NCBI RefSeq assembly: GCF_003918875.1
Contig: NW_025766974.1
Span: 1,054,001-1,118,000, forward strand
Source of the DNA: Haliotis rubra
Taxonomy: Eukaryota
Reading direction: 5' to 3'
DNA length: 64,000 nt
The notes under the pieces are model-generated. The model ran no database searches. It was given only the letters and a program-made list of their open reading frames with translations, and had not been told where the DNA came from. Position numbers and translations under genes: made by a program. Each line of letters opens with the position of its first letter. Positions within the stretch are counted from its first letter, which is position 1. Of this stretch, positions 40,302 through 53,721 are shown piece after piece.

Positions 40302-42999
40302 TTACATCGAAGATGAATTTCTCCACTAACTTGGGGGAACCAACTGCAAACTTTGTGCAGATGGATTATACGAGGATCATGCATCAAATTGCTTAAAAGC
40401 ATGTGCAAATATTGTTCCTGTGAACAGCTGCGTTTTGTTGTAAAGTTTTGTTCAGAATTCGCCAATTTTTACTGATTTTCATCATTTACTGAACTCATAA
40501 CAATAATCTTTTCAACGTTACGAATTTGTTTTACAATATATTAGTTAATGTGTAAATACCTCTTGTATGTAACACACAATCACAAATTGGGATTAAATTT
40601 GTCAGTACCTTCAAATTGAATGGAATATTTTGCAAAATCAAGTTTAGAACAGTTGACTGAAGTAAGTGGCTACGTTTACACTAGTGAGTCTAAACTTTTG
40701 ATGGGTAGTATATATTGTAACGCTCATGCTGGGTTGAATAGATTTCATATTGATAACAAAACTAATATTTTGACTCATATATTCTTGTTTCTCTTTGATC
40801 GAAGAAGAAATATGTATTCCCTCGTGAATCTGTGGTCTAATTAATGTCGCTTTTGTAAGGCACCAATTGCGATGAGATCAGATATTTTTGATTGCACTCG
40901 TGCAATTGACCGTTAAAGTATAAATACAATAGTTAGTTGGATTATGACCGAACTAAGTCACAATACAAACAGTTTGAAGTTTTATGTATTTAGTTGACGG
41001 ATTTCTAGATGCTATTGGTAGTGAAACGTGGCCACAGTTCACGTATAGATCTTACTTTCTTAGTGGATTCCTTTCAATGTGTTATACCAGAGTATATGGT
41101 CTCTGGTTATACTTCGTGTATTCATCTTTCTGCTATCTGCGGTTTAATCCCAAATTGTGATTGTGTGTTACATACAAGAGGTATTTGTTCAATAAATCAA
41201 TGACAAGTTTAGACCATCTGTAATTATGACCGAGTCAATCAAGAAATTTTGAAACTGACTGAAATATTAATTTATTTTATAAACTGGCTGAATTGATTGT
41301 ATCGTATAAACAGGCGGGCCACTTGCGTTCACAGCGTCATCAAGAACAGCAAAGGTATGTGATTCACATATTCCCAAATTAACGAATGATAATTACGTCG
41401 TAGTGTACCTTTAGGGGCGTTGTCGACAATAATCTTTAAAAATGCCGGGTTACCGGAATAACAGGGTAATACTCTAATACTCTATACAACAGGGATGTAA
41501 TAAATAATTATGCATCAGACACAAAGGCTAAATCGTCAGAAGACAACTTGATTTAAAAATAATTTTACCTATTGTATTGTAATGTACACATAATATATGG
41601 ACTCGCATGTCTGGCTACGTATCTGCCATTTCGAAACCGCTCCCATAATGGGCATATACCTAGTGGTCGGACTGCCACAATATCTGCTCAAAACACACCC
41701 GTCACTTTTTGTACACATTCTAAACACACGTGGTAAGATCTTTCAAACCAGAGGTCTTCTTTCACACACGACGACAAATCAATACACGACAATCACGCTG
41801 ACTGCCTTACCTGTGAGTTCAAAGAAGCCGATCAGGTAAATTCCAAATCCAGTGATGTTATATCCGACGTTCTCAAACCACCATTTCAGTTTGTCAGTGC
41901 TGATTACTAACAAGCTCGTCCCAGCTTGGACCTCGGCCTCTCTGAAGGAACAATCACGAAATGTGTACCCTCGGTGATGAGAGCGTTCACTGACTGAAAT
42001 ATGCCCAGCAAGCGTGTTGACTGTCACCCGCTCGCCTCGGCTGTGGCTTGTACTGGAGACCACCGCATACCTTGCCATGCATGCCTGACTTGCGGACACC
42101 GATACGCACTCGCCTCGATATAACGCGCTTACGGGGTTATTCGCAGCACACACCCGGAATTTCACTTGGTTTGTTAGATGATTGGAATGTTGAACTATTT
42201 TAACTCTCTTTTAACATGTCATGTTAAATGATAAAAATTAAACTGACCTCAACCTTCCCTCTCCCAATCCATAATTTTCGGTATATTTTGTAGAAATAAA
42301 AATTATTTAAGCATCTTGCAAATCTGAAGATGATTCACACCTTGCGACATAAGGGCACGGAATCACCGTGAATCATAAACAGATTTCGTGACAACATATT
42401 CTAAAAACGACATTCATGTGTCGTTAATCATAAGTACCCTGTGTCCACCCGCCCAACTGGTCAGTTCGCTCGCTATATTAGGGGTATCATGTCGGGTGGG
42501 TGAAATGGTGACGTTCCAATTAACCGCGCAGTAACGAGGCTGAGAGCCTTGCCCTGCAGTGACGCCAACGGGGCAATTAAAGCTATTCAGAAACATAAGA
42601 TATAAACTTGGGAAGCAGAGAATGGGTAATCAACAATCAGAGATGACAGGTAGCACTCTTACTGTGATAAAACGCCTTCTAAGTAGGCTTATCAAAACAT
42701 AAGACGGATTTATAGGCATGTATACTGTAGCAGTCCATTCTTGGACGAAAGTTGTAAAAATATTTATGACGTTCAGATCTAACCTTTCTTCGACATCGTC
42801 ATTTTTGTGTATTATTTTTAAGAGAGGGGGCTACAATTGATCATTGCAACGGCACTGTTTCGGGCATATAGAACAAGTTTCAATAGCAACACGCACGAAC
42901 AGATATTGTCTTTTGAAAGTGGTCAGTGTTTGTCTTTGAGAATACGCTCAGTACAGTAAAGTACAGCTGTGGGAGCCGTGCCAGTTTTCACTTGTCGCG

Positions 43000-43220
43000 G
43001 TATTTTCCGTTTTCGTACCCTCACTTTAGTAACCGTTTTAAACCTTTTCTAAAATGTCTAGAAATCGAATTATCTTGTCACAATCTATGCATTTCTTTGC
43101 TAGACGGCCGCTATTTTCCTGGAAGTAAGTTCTTATATACCAAACCGAAACGGACCAAACCGAAGCCCTTGTACCGCATTACGTAGCGTACAGTGGTACG
43201 AGCGTACCGTTTCACCTCTA
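43000..43220. mobile_element. Possible terminal remnant of a hAT-like non-autonomous element
   Basis: Subterminal AACCG/ACCG motif cluster ending GTACCGTTTCACCTCTA; partner TIR not located. Confidence 0.35.
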
Positions 43221-43713
43221 GTACACAAAGTACGTGGTCTTGACTACCAGTTGTCAGACTTCCAGTTTTTTTGGAAGCCTTGGTTGCTGAGTAGGTTAGA
43301 TGGCTGACTTTGTGAGCTGGTCATTTGGATGCCTCACGCATCCCCAAACAACTGGACTCTGTACATTACAAAGAAGGTGTAATTCGAAATATAACGCTTG
43401 TTAAGTACAAGTACGTTATATCACTATTACAAAGTTCTATATAAGTCAAGTTTGTTAAACACATATTAACATAACAATACTATTGACAACTGTTTTAGCC
43501 CAGGCTTAAGCCACCAGCAATCAAAGGAAGGCCAACGCTGGGTAAGATACCCATATTATCTGTGAAGTGATTATATAAACTCTAGTGTCTATTGATACTA
43601 TCAGGTAATAGTTTCCTCTACATTTGTGGCTTGATCATTAGCTGTTACGTAGTAATAAAGCCATACTAAATAATCTCAACAGTCCCACTCCATCTTCCAT
43701 CACTTCATTGCGA

Positions 43714-43984
43714 ACCCGTGAAGATCCGGGGTAGAATAGGTCTTCAGCAACCCATGCTTGCCACAAAAGGCGACTATGCTTGTCGTAAGAGGCGACTAAC
43801 GGGATCGGGTGGTCAGGCTGGCTGACTTGGTTGACACATGTCATCGGTTCCCAATTGCGCAGATCGATGCTCATGCTGTTGATCACTGGATTGCCTGGTC
43901 CAGATTCGATTATTTACAGACCGCCGCCATATAGCTGGAATATTGCTGAGTGCGGCGTAAAACTAAACTCACTCACTCACTCAC
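43714..43984 (+). mobile_element. SINE family B, best-preserved full-length copy, with a duplicated 22-nt hairpin module
   Basis: Head CCCGTGAAGATCCGGGGTAGAATAGG; tail GCTGGAATATTGCTGAGTGCGGCGTAAAACTAAA(CTCA)n; imperfect TSD TCACTTYATTSCG. Confidence 0.93.
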
Positions 43985-44763
43985 TTTATTCCGCATGAGC
44001 TACGGAGCAAGTCTCGCCGACAGGAAGTGCTATGCGTTAGTTGTACGTGCATGCGTCTCGTATAGTATTGTTTGTTGCACATTTCCGTCGTTGTAGTCGT
44101 TGTAAGGGAATAGCGGAAGAACACACAGCTTTACATCACGTCGGGACCTCGGTATATTGGGAGTGTGCGTGTTTATAATTAAAGGGCGACACACACGTCG
44201 TGCCGTAATGCCGTGTAATGGACGTTAGAGACGTGATACGTCAATGGCCAAATCATAACTCCCTTGGCTTGGCATAAGACAGCCGAGTAATTCTCTCCTC
44301 ACAACCGGTGCCAGACACGGACTATGTGTGTGAGGTGGTTCGTTGTAGACAGCTTGTAGTGTTATTCCTCACACTGTTCAACAACCACGAAGCTGTTGAA
44401 TGCACCATGTTTAGAATTAAACACTTTAGCTGAATACCTCTAAAAAAAACACGAGTACAGAAGTCTGCTTGTAAATTGGTTCATTTGCTGTTCGTGTTTC
44501 CTGCACCAACAATGTTTTTTACTATAATTAAATTATGCCAACATAGGACTGTAATAGTCTAATATGGCAGGTCTGCAAGTTCTGGCGTATTGTTGTTGGT
44601 CTGCCATCCCTGATAACGTGTGTGCAAGGGCACGATTCTACCTGTTATTTAGTCTCTGAACATCTGTTTAGCACACCATCGTTACAAATGAATTTTAGAG
44701 TTGTTGTTTGTGCTTATCCGGAATCTCATTGTTTCCAAACAGACTATGAATTTCAGTTCTCTA

Positions 44764-45072
44764 AACCTGCAAACTACAGCTGCCCTTCACCCAAGGCCTG
44801 CAACCTACAGTAGCCCTTCACACTAGGACTGCAACCTACAGTAGCCCTTCACACTAGGCCTTCAACCTACAGTAGACCTTCACACTAGGCCTTCAACCTA
44901 CAGTAGCCCTTCGCAGTAGGCCTGCAACCTGCAGTAGCCCTTAACGCTTGACCTACAATCTACAGTAACCCTTCACCATAGGCCTGCAAACTACAGTAAC
45001 CCTTCACCATAGGCCTGCAAACTACAGTAGCCCTTCACCGTAGGCCTTCAACCTACAGTAACCCTTAACGCT
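44764..45072. repeat. 31-bp minisatellite, about 10 units (AGGCCTGCAACCTACAGTAGCCCTTCACACT)
   Basis: Period 31 at 44825/44856. Confidence 0.92.
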
Positions 45073-45242
45073 TGATCTGTCTATCATGTTCTCATTTCTT
45101 GGTGCTCGCGGTTCTTTGTAATATTGGAAAACAACTGTAAAGAAAACACAGAAAGACAACCCCTTTCATATTAACTGAAAGGACTGTGTGGAATGTGCGT
45201 TGAAGTCAGAGACCCATTTTAAGGCGGTTGAGCCGGAACACT

Positions 45243-47372
45243 GCGATCCTACTTACACAACCACCTGGTAATCCTGTCTAGCGATCCTACTTATACAACC
45301 ACCTGGTAATCCTGTCTAGCGATCCTACTTACACAACCACCTGGTAATCCTGTCTAGCGATCCTACTTACACAACCACCTGGTAATCCTGTCTAGCGATC
45401 CTACTTATACAACCACCTGGTAATCCTGTCTAGCGATCCTACTTATACAACCACCTGGTAATCCTGTCTAGCGATCCTACTTATACAACCACCTGGTAAT
45501 CCTGTCTAGCGATCCTACTTATACAACCACCTGGTAATCCTGTCTAGCGATCCTACTTACACAACCACCTGGTAATCCTGTCTAGCGATCCCACTTATAC
45601 AACCACCTGGTAATTCTGTCTAGCGATCCCACTTACACAACCGCCTGGTAATCCTGTCTAGCGATCCTACTTATACAACCACCTGGTAATCCTGTCTAGC
45701 GATCCTACTTACACAACCACCTGGTAATCCTGTCTAGCGATCCTACTTACACAACCACCTGGTAATCCTGTCTAGCGATCCTACTTACACAACCACCTGG
45801 TAATCCTGTCTAGCGATCCTACTTATACAACCACCTGGTAATCCTGTCTAGCGATCCTACTTATACAACCACCTGGTAATCCTGTCTAGCGATCCTACTT
45901 ATACAACCACCTGGTAATCCTGTCTAGCGATCCTACTTATACAACCACCTGGTAATCCTGTCTAGCGATCCTACTTACACAACCACCTGGTAATCCTGTC
46001 TAGCGATCCTACTTACACAACCACCTGGTAATCCTGTCTAGCGATCCTACTTACACAACCACCTGGTAATCCTGTCTAGCGATCCTACTTATACAACCAC
46101 CTGGTAATCCTGTCTAGCGATCCCACTTACACAACCACCTGGTAATCCTGTCTAGCGATCCTACTTATACAACCACCTGGTAATCCTGTCTAGCGATCCT
46201 ACTTATACAACCACCTGGTAATCCTGTCTAGCGATCCTACTTACACAACCACCTGGTAATCCTGTCTAGCGATCCTACTTATACAACCACCTGGTAATCC
46301 TGTCTAGCGATCCTACTTATACAACCACCTGGTAATCCTGTCTAGCGATCCTACTTACACAACCACCTGGTAATCCTGTCTAGCGATCCTACTTATACAA
46401 CCACCTGGTAATCCTGTCTAGCGATCCTACTTATACAAACCACCTGGTAATCCTGTCTAGCGATCCTACTTACACAACCACCTGGTAATCCTGTCTAGCG
46501 ATCCTACTTATACAACCACCTGGTAATCCTGTCTAGCGATCCTACTTACACAACCACCTGGTAATCCTGTCTAGCGATCCCACTTATACAACCACCTGGT
46601 AATCCTGTCTAGCGATCCTACTTATACAACCACCTGGTAATCCTGTCTAGCGATCCTACTTATACAACCACCTGGTAATCCTGTCTAGCGATCCTACTTA
46701 TACAACCACCTGGTAATCCTGTCTAGCGATCCTACTTATACAACCACCTGGTAATCCTGTCTAGCGATCCTACTTACACAACCACCTGGTAATCCTGTCT
46801 AGCGATCCTACTTACACAACCACCTGGTAATCCTGTCTAGCGATCCTACTTACACAACCACCTGGTAATCCTGTCTAGCGATCCTACTTATACAACCACC
46901 TGTTAATCCTGTCTAGCGATCCCACTTACACAACCACCTGGTAATCCTGTCTAGCGATCCTACTTATACAACCACCTGGTAATCCTGTCTAGCGATCCTA
47001 CTTATACAACCACCTGGTAATCCTGTCTAGCGATCCTACTTACACAACCACCTGGTAATCCTGTCTAGCGATCCTACTTACACAACCACCTGGTAATCCT
47101 GTCTAGCGATCCTACTTATACAACCACCTGGTAATCCTGTCTAGCGATCCTACTTACACAACCACCTGGTAATCCTGTCTAGCGATCCTACTTATACAAC
47201 CACCTGGTAATCCTGTCTAGCGATCCTACTTACACAACCACCTGGTAATCCTGTCTAGCGATCCTACTTATACAACCACCTGGTAATCCTGTCTAGCGAT
47301 CCTACTTACACAACCACCTGGTAATCCTGTCTAGCGATCCCACTTATACAACCACCTGGTAATCCTGTCTAG
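45243..47372. repeat. 38-bp satellite, about 56 highly homogeneous units (GCGATCCTACTTAYACAACCACCTGGTAATCCTGTCTA)
   Basis: Direct tandem array; almost all variation is at one C/T site. Confidence 0.98.
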
Positions 47373-47596
47373 ACCACATAAAGTCGCTTAAGGTTAAGAA
47401 AAACACACAGCTGAACTAAATGTGGACATACTTTCATATATAAAATGTAGATAAGATGGGAACACCTATTCACGAAATTCACATCGTTAGAAAGATTGTG
47501 GTAAAACGGATGTTTGGCGTTGAGTCGAGTCTGTGACACTGATGGTCCACGAATACTTTACAGCCCAGTATTTCAGTATATTTGGGTACGCTGGGA

Positions 47597-47740
47597 TGAG
47601 TGAATGAGTGAGTTGGGTTTTACGCCGCTTTTAGCAATATTCCAGCAATTATATCACGGCGGGGGACACCAGAAATGGGTTTCACATATTGTACCCATGT
47701 GGGGAATCGAACTCGGGTCTTCAGCGTGACTAGCGGACGA
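47597..47740 (-). mobile_element. SINE family A, 5'-truncated
   Basis: Tail and B box present; flanking duplication CTGGGATGAG. Confidence 0.88.
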
Positions 47741-50675
47741 CACTGGGATGAGGTAATGTGTGATCCATATTCGACACATAGCGAGTCAGGCTCCACGCCA
47801 CTGTTAACAATATTTTAAGCATTGAGTGGTCTGTGTCCAAAATATTGTCCAGATTGGCGAAACCCGTGAACATGGGTGTGGCGGTGCTTATAAACCAGGA
47901 ACAGTAATCAGGGCGTACCTTGGGACTCCCAGTGACGGATCACGGGTGAATGCTTTGCGCAGCGAGCTGCGGTGGCTCCCCGTAACAGCGTGTCCAATAG
48001 CAGGCTTGGACACGCTGGGGCTTGGTGTTGGTTGGAAGAAAAGAAGACGTGCAGCATACTTAAATGCTATTCCTTAAGAAGGTGAGGTCGAAAGAGATTT
48101 AACAGCGTTTTCGATTATCGCACTTGTTTCTATGTATGTACTGATGGATGGAATAATGGATGGATGGTCCGTGCGTGTTGGTGTATGTGTGTGAGGGATG
48201 AGGGTGAGGATTTGGTTGTGGTATGTTCCTGCTGGTACTTATCCAGACTACTGCCTGGTTTATAGTGCTAGCTAACTCACTGACATGCCATGCCACCGTC
48301 AACCGCAGAGGCAACACTCACAGACGCAATGCACTGCCTTCGAGCCGAGAACTTCTTCTTTTATCCTCTTATACCGAGCGCCAGCCAGGATAATATAAAG
48401 TATCACCATATAATCGATCTTCCGTTCTATGCACTGAAAGGATGAAGACAGTTCTATTCTTCAAGAAAGCGTCACCAACATCTGCCAATGTGGTTATAAC
48501 ATCCACCGTGGCGCAGTCTGAACGGTCAATCCTCTCCACAATGGACACATGTCACAGTATGGTCATACCACATAAGCGACCACTTGATTACATGGCATGT
48601 GGCTGTTGTTGTCGACATAACTCGCCCCAGTCGGGGATTATGTGGATAACATATGTCATGTCCACTCACCCCGTTGTCGCCGTTGTACGTTGTACACGTG
48701 TTGTTACCCGACAGGCTTCGCCCCCTCCTGTCCGTGACGTGATTTATAGCAACAACTTGAAGTCACTTCTCGGGAGTGCTTGTCCTACTAAACTTTCTTG
48801 TTTGACGTGAAACCATTACGAAGAAATGTTTGTGTTGCTTGAGATATGTATCTTGCCCAGTCTCCCGTGGGCTATACTGTCGCGTTTCATAACCCGGACC
48901 AATAGCTTTTATGTTATGTGCATGTTTAAACCCGGATTGGCGTAGATCAAAATAGTTCCAAAACCAGGGTCCAACCTGCACGAAGTAATCTTAAATCAAC
49001 ATCAGTCGTGATTCCAATAGTTCAATACAATTATTGAGAACTAAGCTATCTTCATATGCTAGAGGATACATATTCTTGTTAACACGCATATATGTTTTCA
49101 AGTCAAAATTCACAATTTCATATTTAATGCAGTCCTAATGTGGACTCCCACTGTAACCCTCACCAGACACAAGAGTTTGACCCTACAGTCTACAGGGCAA
49201 CATTGTGAAGCTTATTTCTGTTGTCATCCCCTCATACCACAGGGACATTGATCAATAAAACGGATATATTGCCCGAATAAAACAATACTCACACAGTAGA
49301 TTGTTTATCACCTACAATTCAGTCCCTGAACCCACGATAGACGTAATTTACGAAAAGGATGCCTTGTGAGTCGAGATTCACCCTACGACTGAAAAATTTA
49401 GACTTTCATTTAGGGCTTTACGCTATTGCAGGTGGGGGTGCTCTTACTTATTTCAAAATGTAGTTTCTGTATCTTTAATTACATGTGATACGTGTAATAC
49501 AATACATATTTCTGCTAAATGAGATACTAGCATGTCATTCACCTGACGAAGGGACAAGGAAAAGCCCGGAAACGTTGTGCATACAATAAAGAAGAAGTTG
49601 ACATCCATAACATTTTGTCTTATACGAGATACTAGCAGATGTATATATGTAATGAACAAAGTCTCTTATGACATCAACATTCTTTGGGGACATGGCAGTT
49701 GTGTCTCATGTCAGCTCAAGTGTCTTCTGTGGTGTCATCTCCCCTCACATCCCTCTTCCACGTTTGTAACATGCATCCTATAACCCTCCCACCCAGGGAA
49801 CATACAGGACATGCCTCCATCCCCAAAACGTGTATTGACCTTAAATGACAAAACTCTCTTGGTAATGGCCACTTACCGTAATCCAACCCGTCAAGACAAA
49901 GGTAAAATAAAAACGCAATACAAAGTCCCCTCCCATTCGAACTAAACCCAAACCCATTAACCTCATCCTGCCAGTCCTCCATGACACTCAACGCCATCCT
50001 TACCCCCATGACTCATCACGTGACTCACCACCCCTACCGACGTCCACACTGGGCTGCTCGGAAAGGTGGTATCGGTGGTGTCACTTCTATACTGAGTTAC
50101 CCCCTTGATTCCAGAAACCCGAGGTAAAGAAGTATGTTTGCGTATTGGCAGAGTCTAGTAACATAGACTAACAACAGCCCTGCACTACTGATGCAGAATC
50201 TTCCAATATTTCCTCTGGTGCATCCATGTCTGTCCATTCCTCTCTTCTCTGTCTCGAGAGTGAAAAACAATTTAACCATTGAATGAAATTGGGTGACTAG
50301 GCCTGATAAGGAAGACAAGGTTAGGGTTTTAAGGCTGTAAGGCTTAAGTGAGTGGATATATGATACGTCAGAGACGTCTGAGCTGTTGCCTTGAATAGGA
50401 CAGATTTACAAACAATATTAGATCACAGTTTCATAAAATGAGTCATTCAGTAGGACCAGCTGCTGTTGGGGGGTCCTACGGTGATGGCATAAAGCTTACA
50501 TCAGTGAGATGTTATGTACCGTAACGCCATTTAAACGTTGAATTATAATCAATGTCCAAGCACGTGTATCATCACGCGTGAATGCCTAACAACGTTGTAA
50601 ACATTTGCTATTGTTCACCACAACATTTAACAACATTCATTTCAGACATATGACGGGAGCCTGGAAATAATCTGA

Positions 50676-51095
50676 CCTTGAACCATGTAAGATACCATGT
50701 AAGAGACTTAAGAAGATATTTATGTTTGTTAAGATTCAATGCATTACCATTACGATGTAATATTAGATGGAAGGAAACTATGAACACAGATGTAATTTGT
50801 AAGATGTGTAATAGTAATAGAAATGAAGATGAAGTCCACTTCCTATTTGAATGTGATAGATATGTAACACTACGAACAACTTATTTACCTCTATGGAATA
50901 ATTTAACAAATGCTTGTAAATTCATAAAGTTAATGACTTCTAATGACATGGTACTTTTATTGAATGGTGCTAAATGTATCAAATAATCTCTTAACTATAT
51001 ATTGACAACACAAATGTCTGCCTATTGCCATTATGTACAATATAATTTATATTGCTTTTTGTACATGGGCCGATGGCCTACAAACTGAAATTAAC
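50676..51095 (+). mobile_element. 5'-truncated LINE 3' end with a C-terminal CCHC zinc knuckle (RTEX/Crack/Daphne-like; clade uncertain)
   Basis: LR...LPL...RW...CKMCNSNRNEDEVHFLFECDRYVTLR followed by a short 3' UTR. Confidence 0.8.
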
Positions 51096-53001
51096 TTCAT
51101 ATACATCATAGGTAACACGTCACGACTTTCTGGGTACCTGGGTACGATTAAGCCCTTACCTTGACCTTCCAATGCCGGAAGTACACATTTTGAATCACTG
51201 CCAAATAAAGTCTGTGTTTACCAGTCAACTAAATGGAATCATGTGTTGGAGAAGGTTTTGAAGAAAGCCGATATATATATATACTTACAAGACCTACTGT
51301 ATCAACACAACGACTCTGGTTTTGGATATGATCTTGCATGGGGCAATGCCCTGGTGTCTTCCTTGCAGATAATACATCTTTGCAAGCAGAAGTCCCACGG
51401 GCTTGCAGAAACTACTTTTTATGGCTGAAACGTACTCAAACCAACGGCTGTAAAACGCCCTATATTACCATTTAGATGTGCAAGAAGGTGTTAACGCCAC
51501 TTTCAAAGCTATATCTGCGTAAAATATATATACAGGATTATTTATCAATAGAGACAGATCGTCTCTCGATGACCGCAGCTTGAAAGAAAATCGGAAAATT
51601 ATAGGTCTTGACGAGAACATTAGCTTGTACTTTCGTTTATGTTCGTATATGTGAAAGAATTGTTTTGCCGTACATGGGCAATGATTAGATTTGAAAATAT
51701 ATGGCCACATTTAGGAGAAAGGGCTAGAGCACTTTTGTACGTTTTGCTAGAATACGAATATGTGCCAAATCTGTAGGTATCAAAGGCGATCTAAAGCACA
51801 TACTACAGGCATTATTAGGCGATAGGAATGACGAATTACCAGTTTTCTTCTATCTGTTTTGCATTTTCATGTCCAAAACAATAAATTGTTTCATACCGCT
51901 CTATATAATCTTGGTCAGTCGAATTTACAACTTGAATGCAAAAGAACAACCTATCTTGACTTTCCTCAGGAACAGATTCCATTTGCTGCCAAGACCAAAC
52001 TAGTGGTGAGAAATATATAAATGGACCACTGACACTCAGTGATGACACCAGGTGTTCACGACAAATGCAACCATGTTCTGCCCTACTGGTAGTACCCACC
52101 ATTCATCGATTTTGCCTAAAAGTAAATATTTATTGCCTGACGCCACACAACAGTACTCTTGCCATGCGACCACGATATGTAAATGTTACATAAATCTGCA
52201 TAGTTCTTCACATAAGAAAATCAATATAAACAGCCATGATCGTCATTTGAATTGCGCATAGTGTAACAAGCATCGTTTCATTATTTCTTCTATATGTAAA
52301 ATCTAAGGCACGCTTATCCTCTGTGCTGTTCACTTGCCCTTGTTCGGCATACATGTATTTAACGAAAGGTTTGGGAGAGAAAGACAAGCTGCACTGTTCT
52401 CAGACACAGATCAGTAGTCCCATTTCAATGGAACTATCAACCATTGTACTTACATAACTTACTTATCATGTTTAAGATACAATGGCAACAGTTTTCTTTG
52501 GTGCAAATTTCCATTCTTTTATTCATATACAACCCCCTTAACTGTTTCCTCTGTGACCGTCATGTAGCACACTACTGTCTTGTGTCTGCCTCCCCTGTAA
52601 TCCGACATAGAAAACTGCCCTTCATGTAGTTATGCTTGATGCTTCTTACCCAACACAAAGATTCAGTGTATAAATGTCTGTATGTGCTCAGTTCGTGTAA
52701 TAAATGGGTGCCGAGACATTGTCGTTATTCATCTATTCCTAACAATGATATTTATTGTTAGTGATGCACCAGAGTAGTGTTGTGTGTGCTGTCAACATGG
52801 TGGTACTGTGTGATTTCTTGGTAAATATATTTTGTAGATTGGCCCCGTCGTCGTTTTTACAACGTATTCCGATATACTAGTACAAAGATGTCCTTCATTG
52901 TTCGTAAGTTAATACGTATTTGCAGTCAGAAACAGGCAGGTTTGTTTAAGGGTTAACAAATACATGCATGTTTGTATCTAAAGACTACAGTACCAGCTGC
53001 G

Positions 53002-53452
53002 GTTATATGGAGAATCTCACTCAAGTGTCTTCTGATATCAAATATATCTACACGAGTTGATAAAGTTACAAATATCCTGGCTTGCCGGCTTTTATCAACG
53101 AGTCACAGTGTTGATATATTTGATATCAGAAGGCACGAGGGTGAGATTCTATTTATCATAAAAAATCCCTCTTCATTACTTTTTACTGAAAAATGCACAC
53201 CTCTGAACAGGGCACTGTCATAAGACTTGCAGTGCAGCGATGTCATAGCATTGTGACGTCATCAAGTTCATGACGTCATAGCATTGTGATGTCATCAGTT
53301 TTGACGTCATAGCATTGTGAATAATATAATTGATGATGTCAAAGCATTGTGATCTCATGTAATTGATGACGTTAGGGCATTGTACAAAATCTTCTATCAA
53401 AACGATATCACACAATCAATATCTCCAGTGGAACACAGTTTTGGATAATAAA
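53002..53452. mobile_element. Non-autonomous element with a ~140-bp internal fold-back (53011-53150) and a TGACGTCATAGCATTG repeat block
   Basis: AGAATCTCAC...CTTCTGATATCAAATATATC is inverted against GATATATTTGATATCAGAAG...GTGAGATTCT; outer boundaries approximate. Confidence 0.6.
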
Positions 53453-53721
53453 CGTGTTTCTATTCTTTGATGAAAACCTGATACTGAAAGTATGAAAGTT
53501 CGTATAAGCGTTGTTCAGTTGTTTAACACTGACGCTAGTTGAAACCAATGATTGAACCAATCAAACCAGAGAAATCAAATTACTTGACAGTTTTTGTTTG
53601 TTTTTGTCTAACAGAAACATGGTCTGTACACGTGATCGATATTGTGAGCATGAACTACGGTAGATAGGAATAGTGTTTATACGCCCTTTTACTGTACAAT
53701 GACAGATCAACAGATCAACTA

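Noticed and set aside
41779-42165. 128-aa ORF as a coding exon of the membrane protein
   Set aside because: No recognisable domain; its donor is phase 1 in that frame while the 18081 acceptor needs phase 0
43714-43805. Assignment of the family B head to the HDV-like ribozyme class
   Set aside because: The CUAA resembles J4/2, but the P1/P2/P3 nesting order could not be satisfied; left as unclassified
43638-43886. Repeated peptide MINSMSIDLRNWEPMTCVNQVS (also at 28992)
   Set aside because: Antisense translation of SINE family B
49780-50040. C-rich segment resembling a LINE 3' coding remnant
   Set aside because: No diagnostic motif recovered in any frame examined
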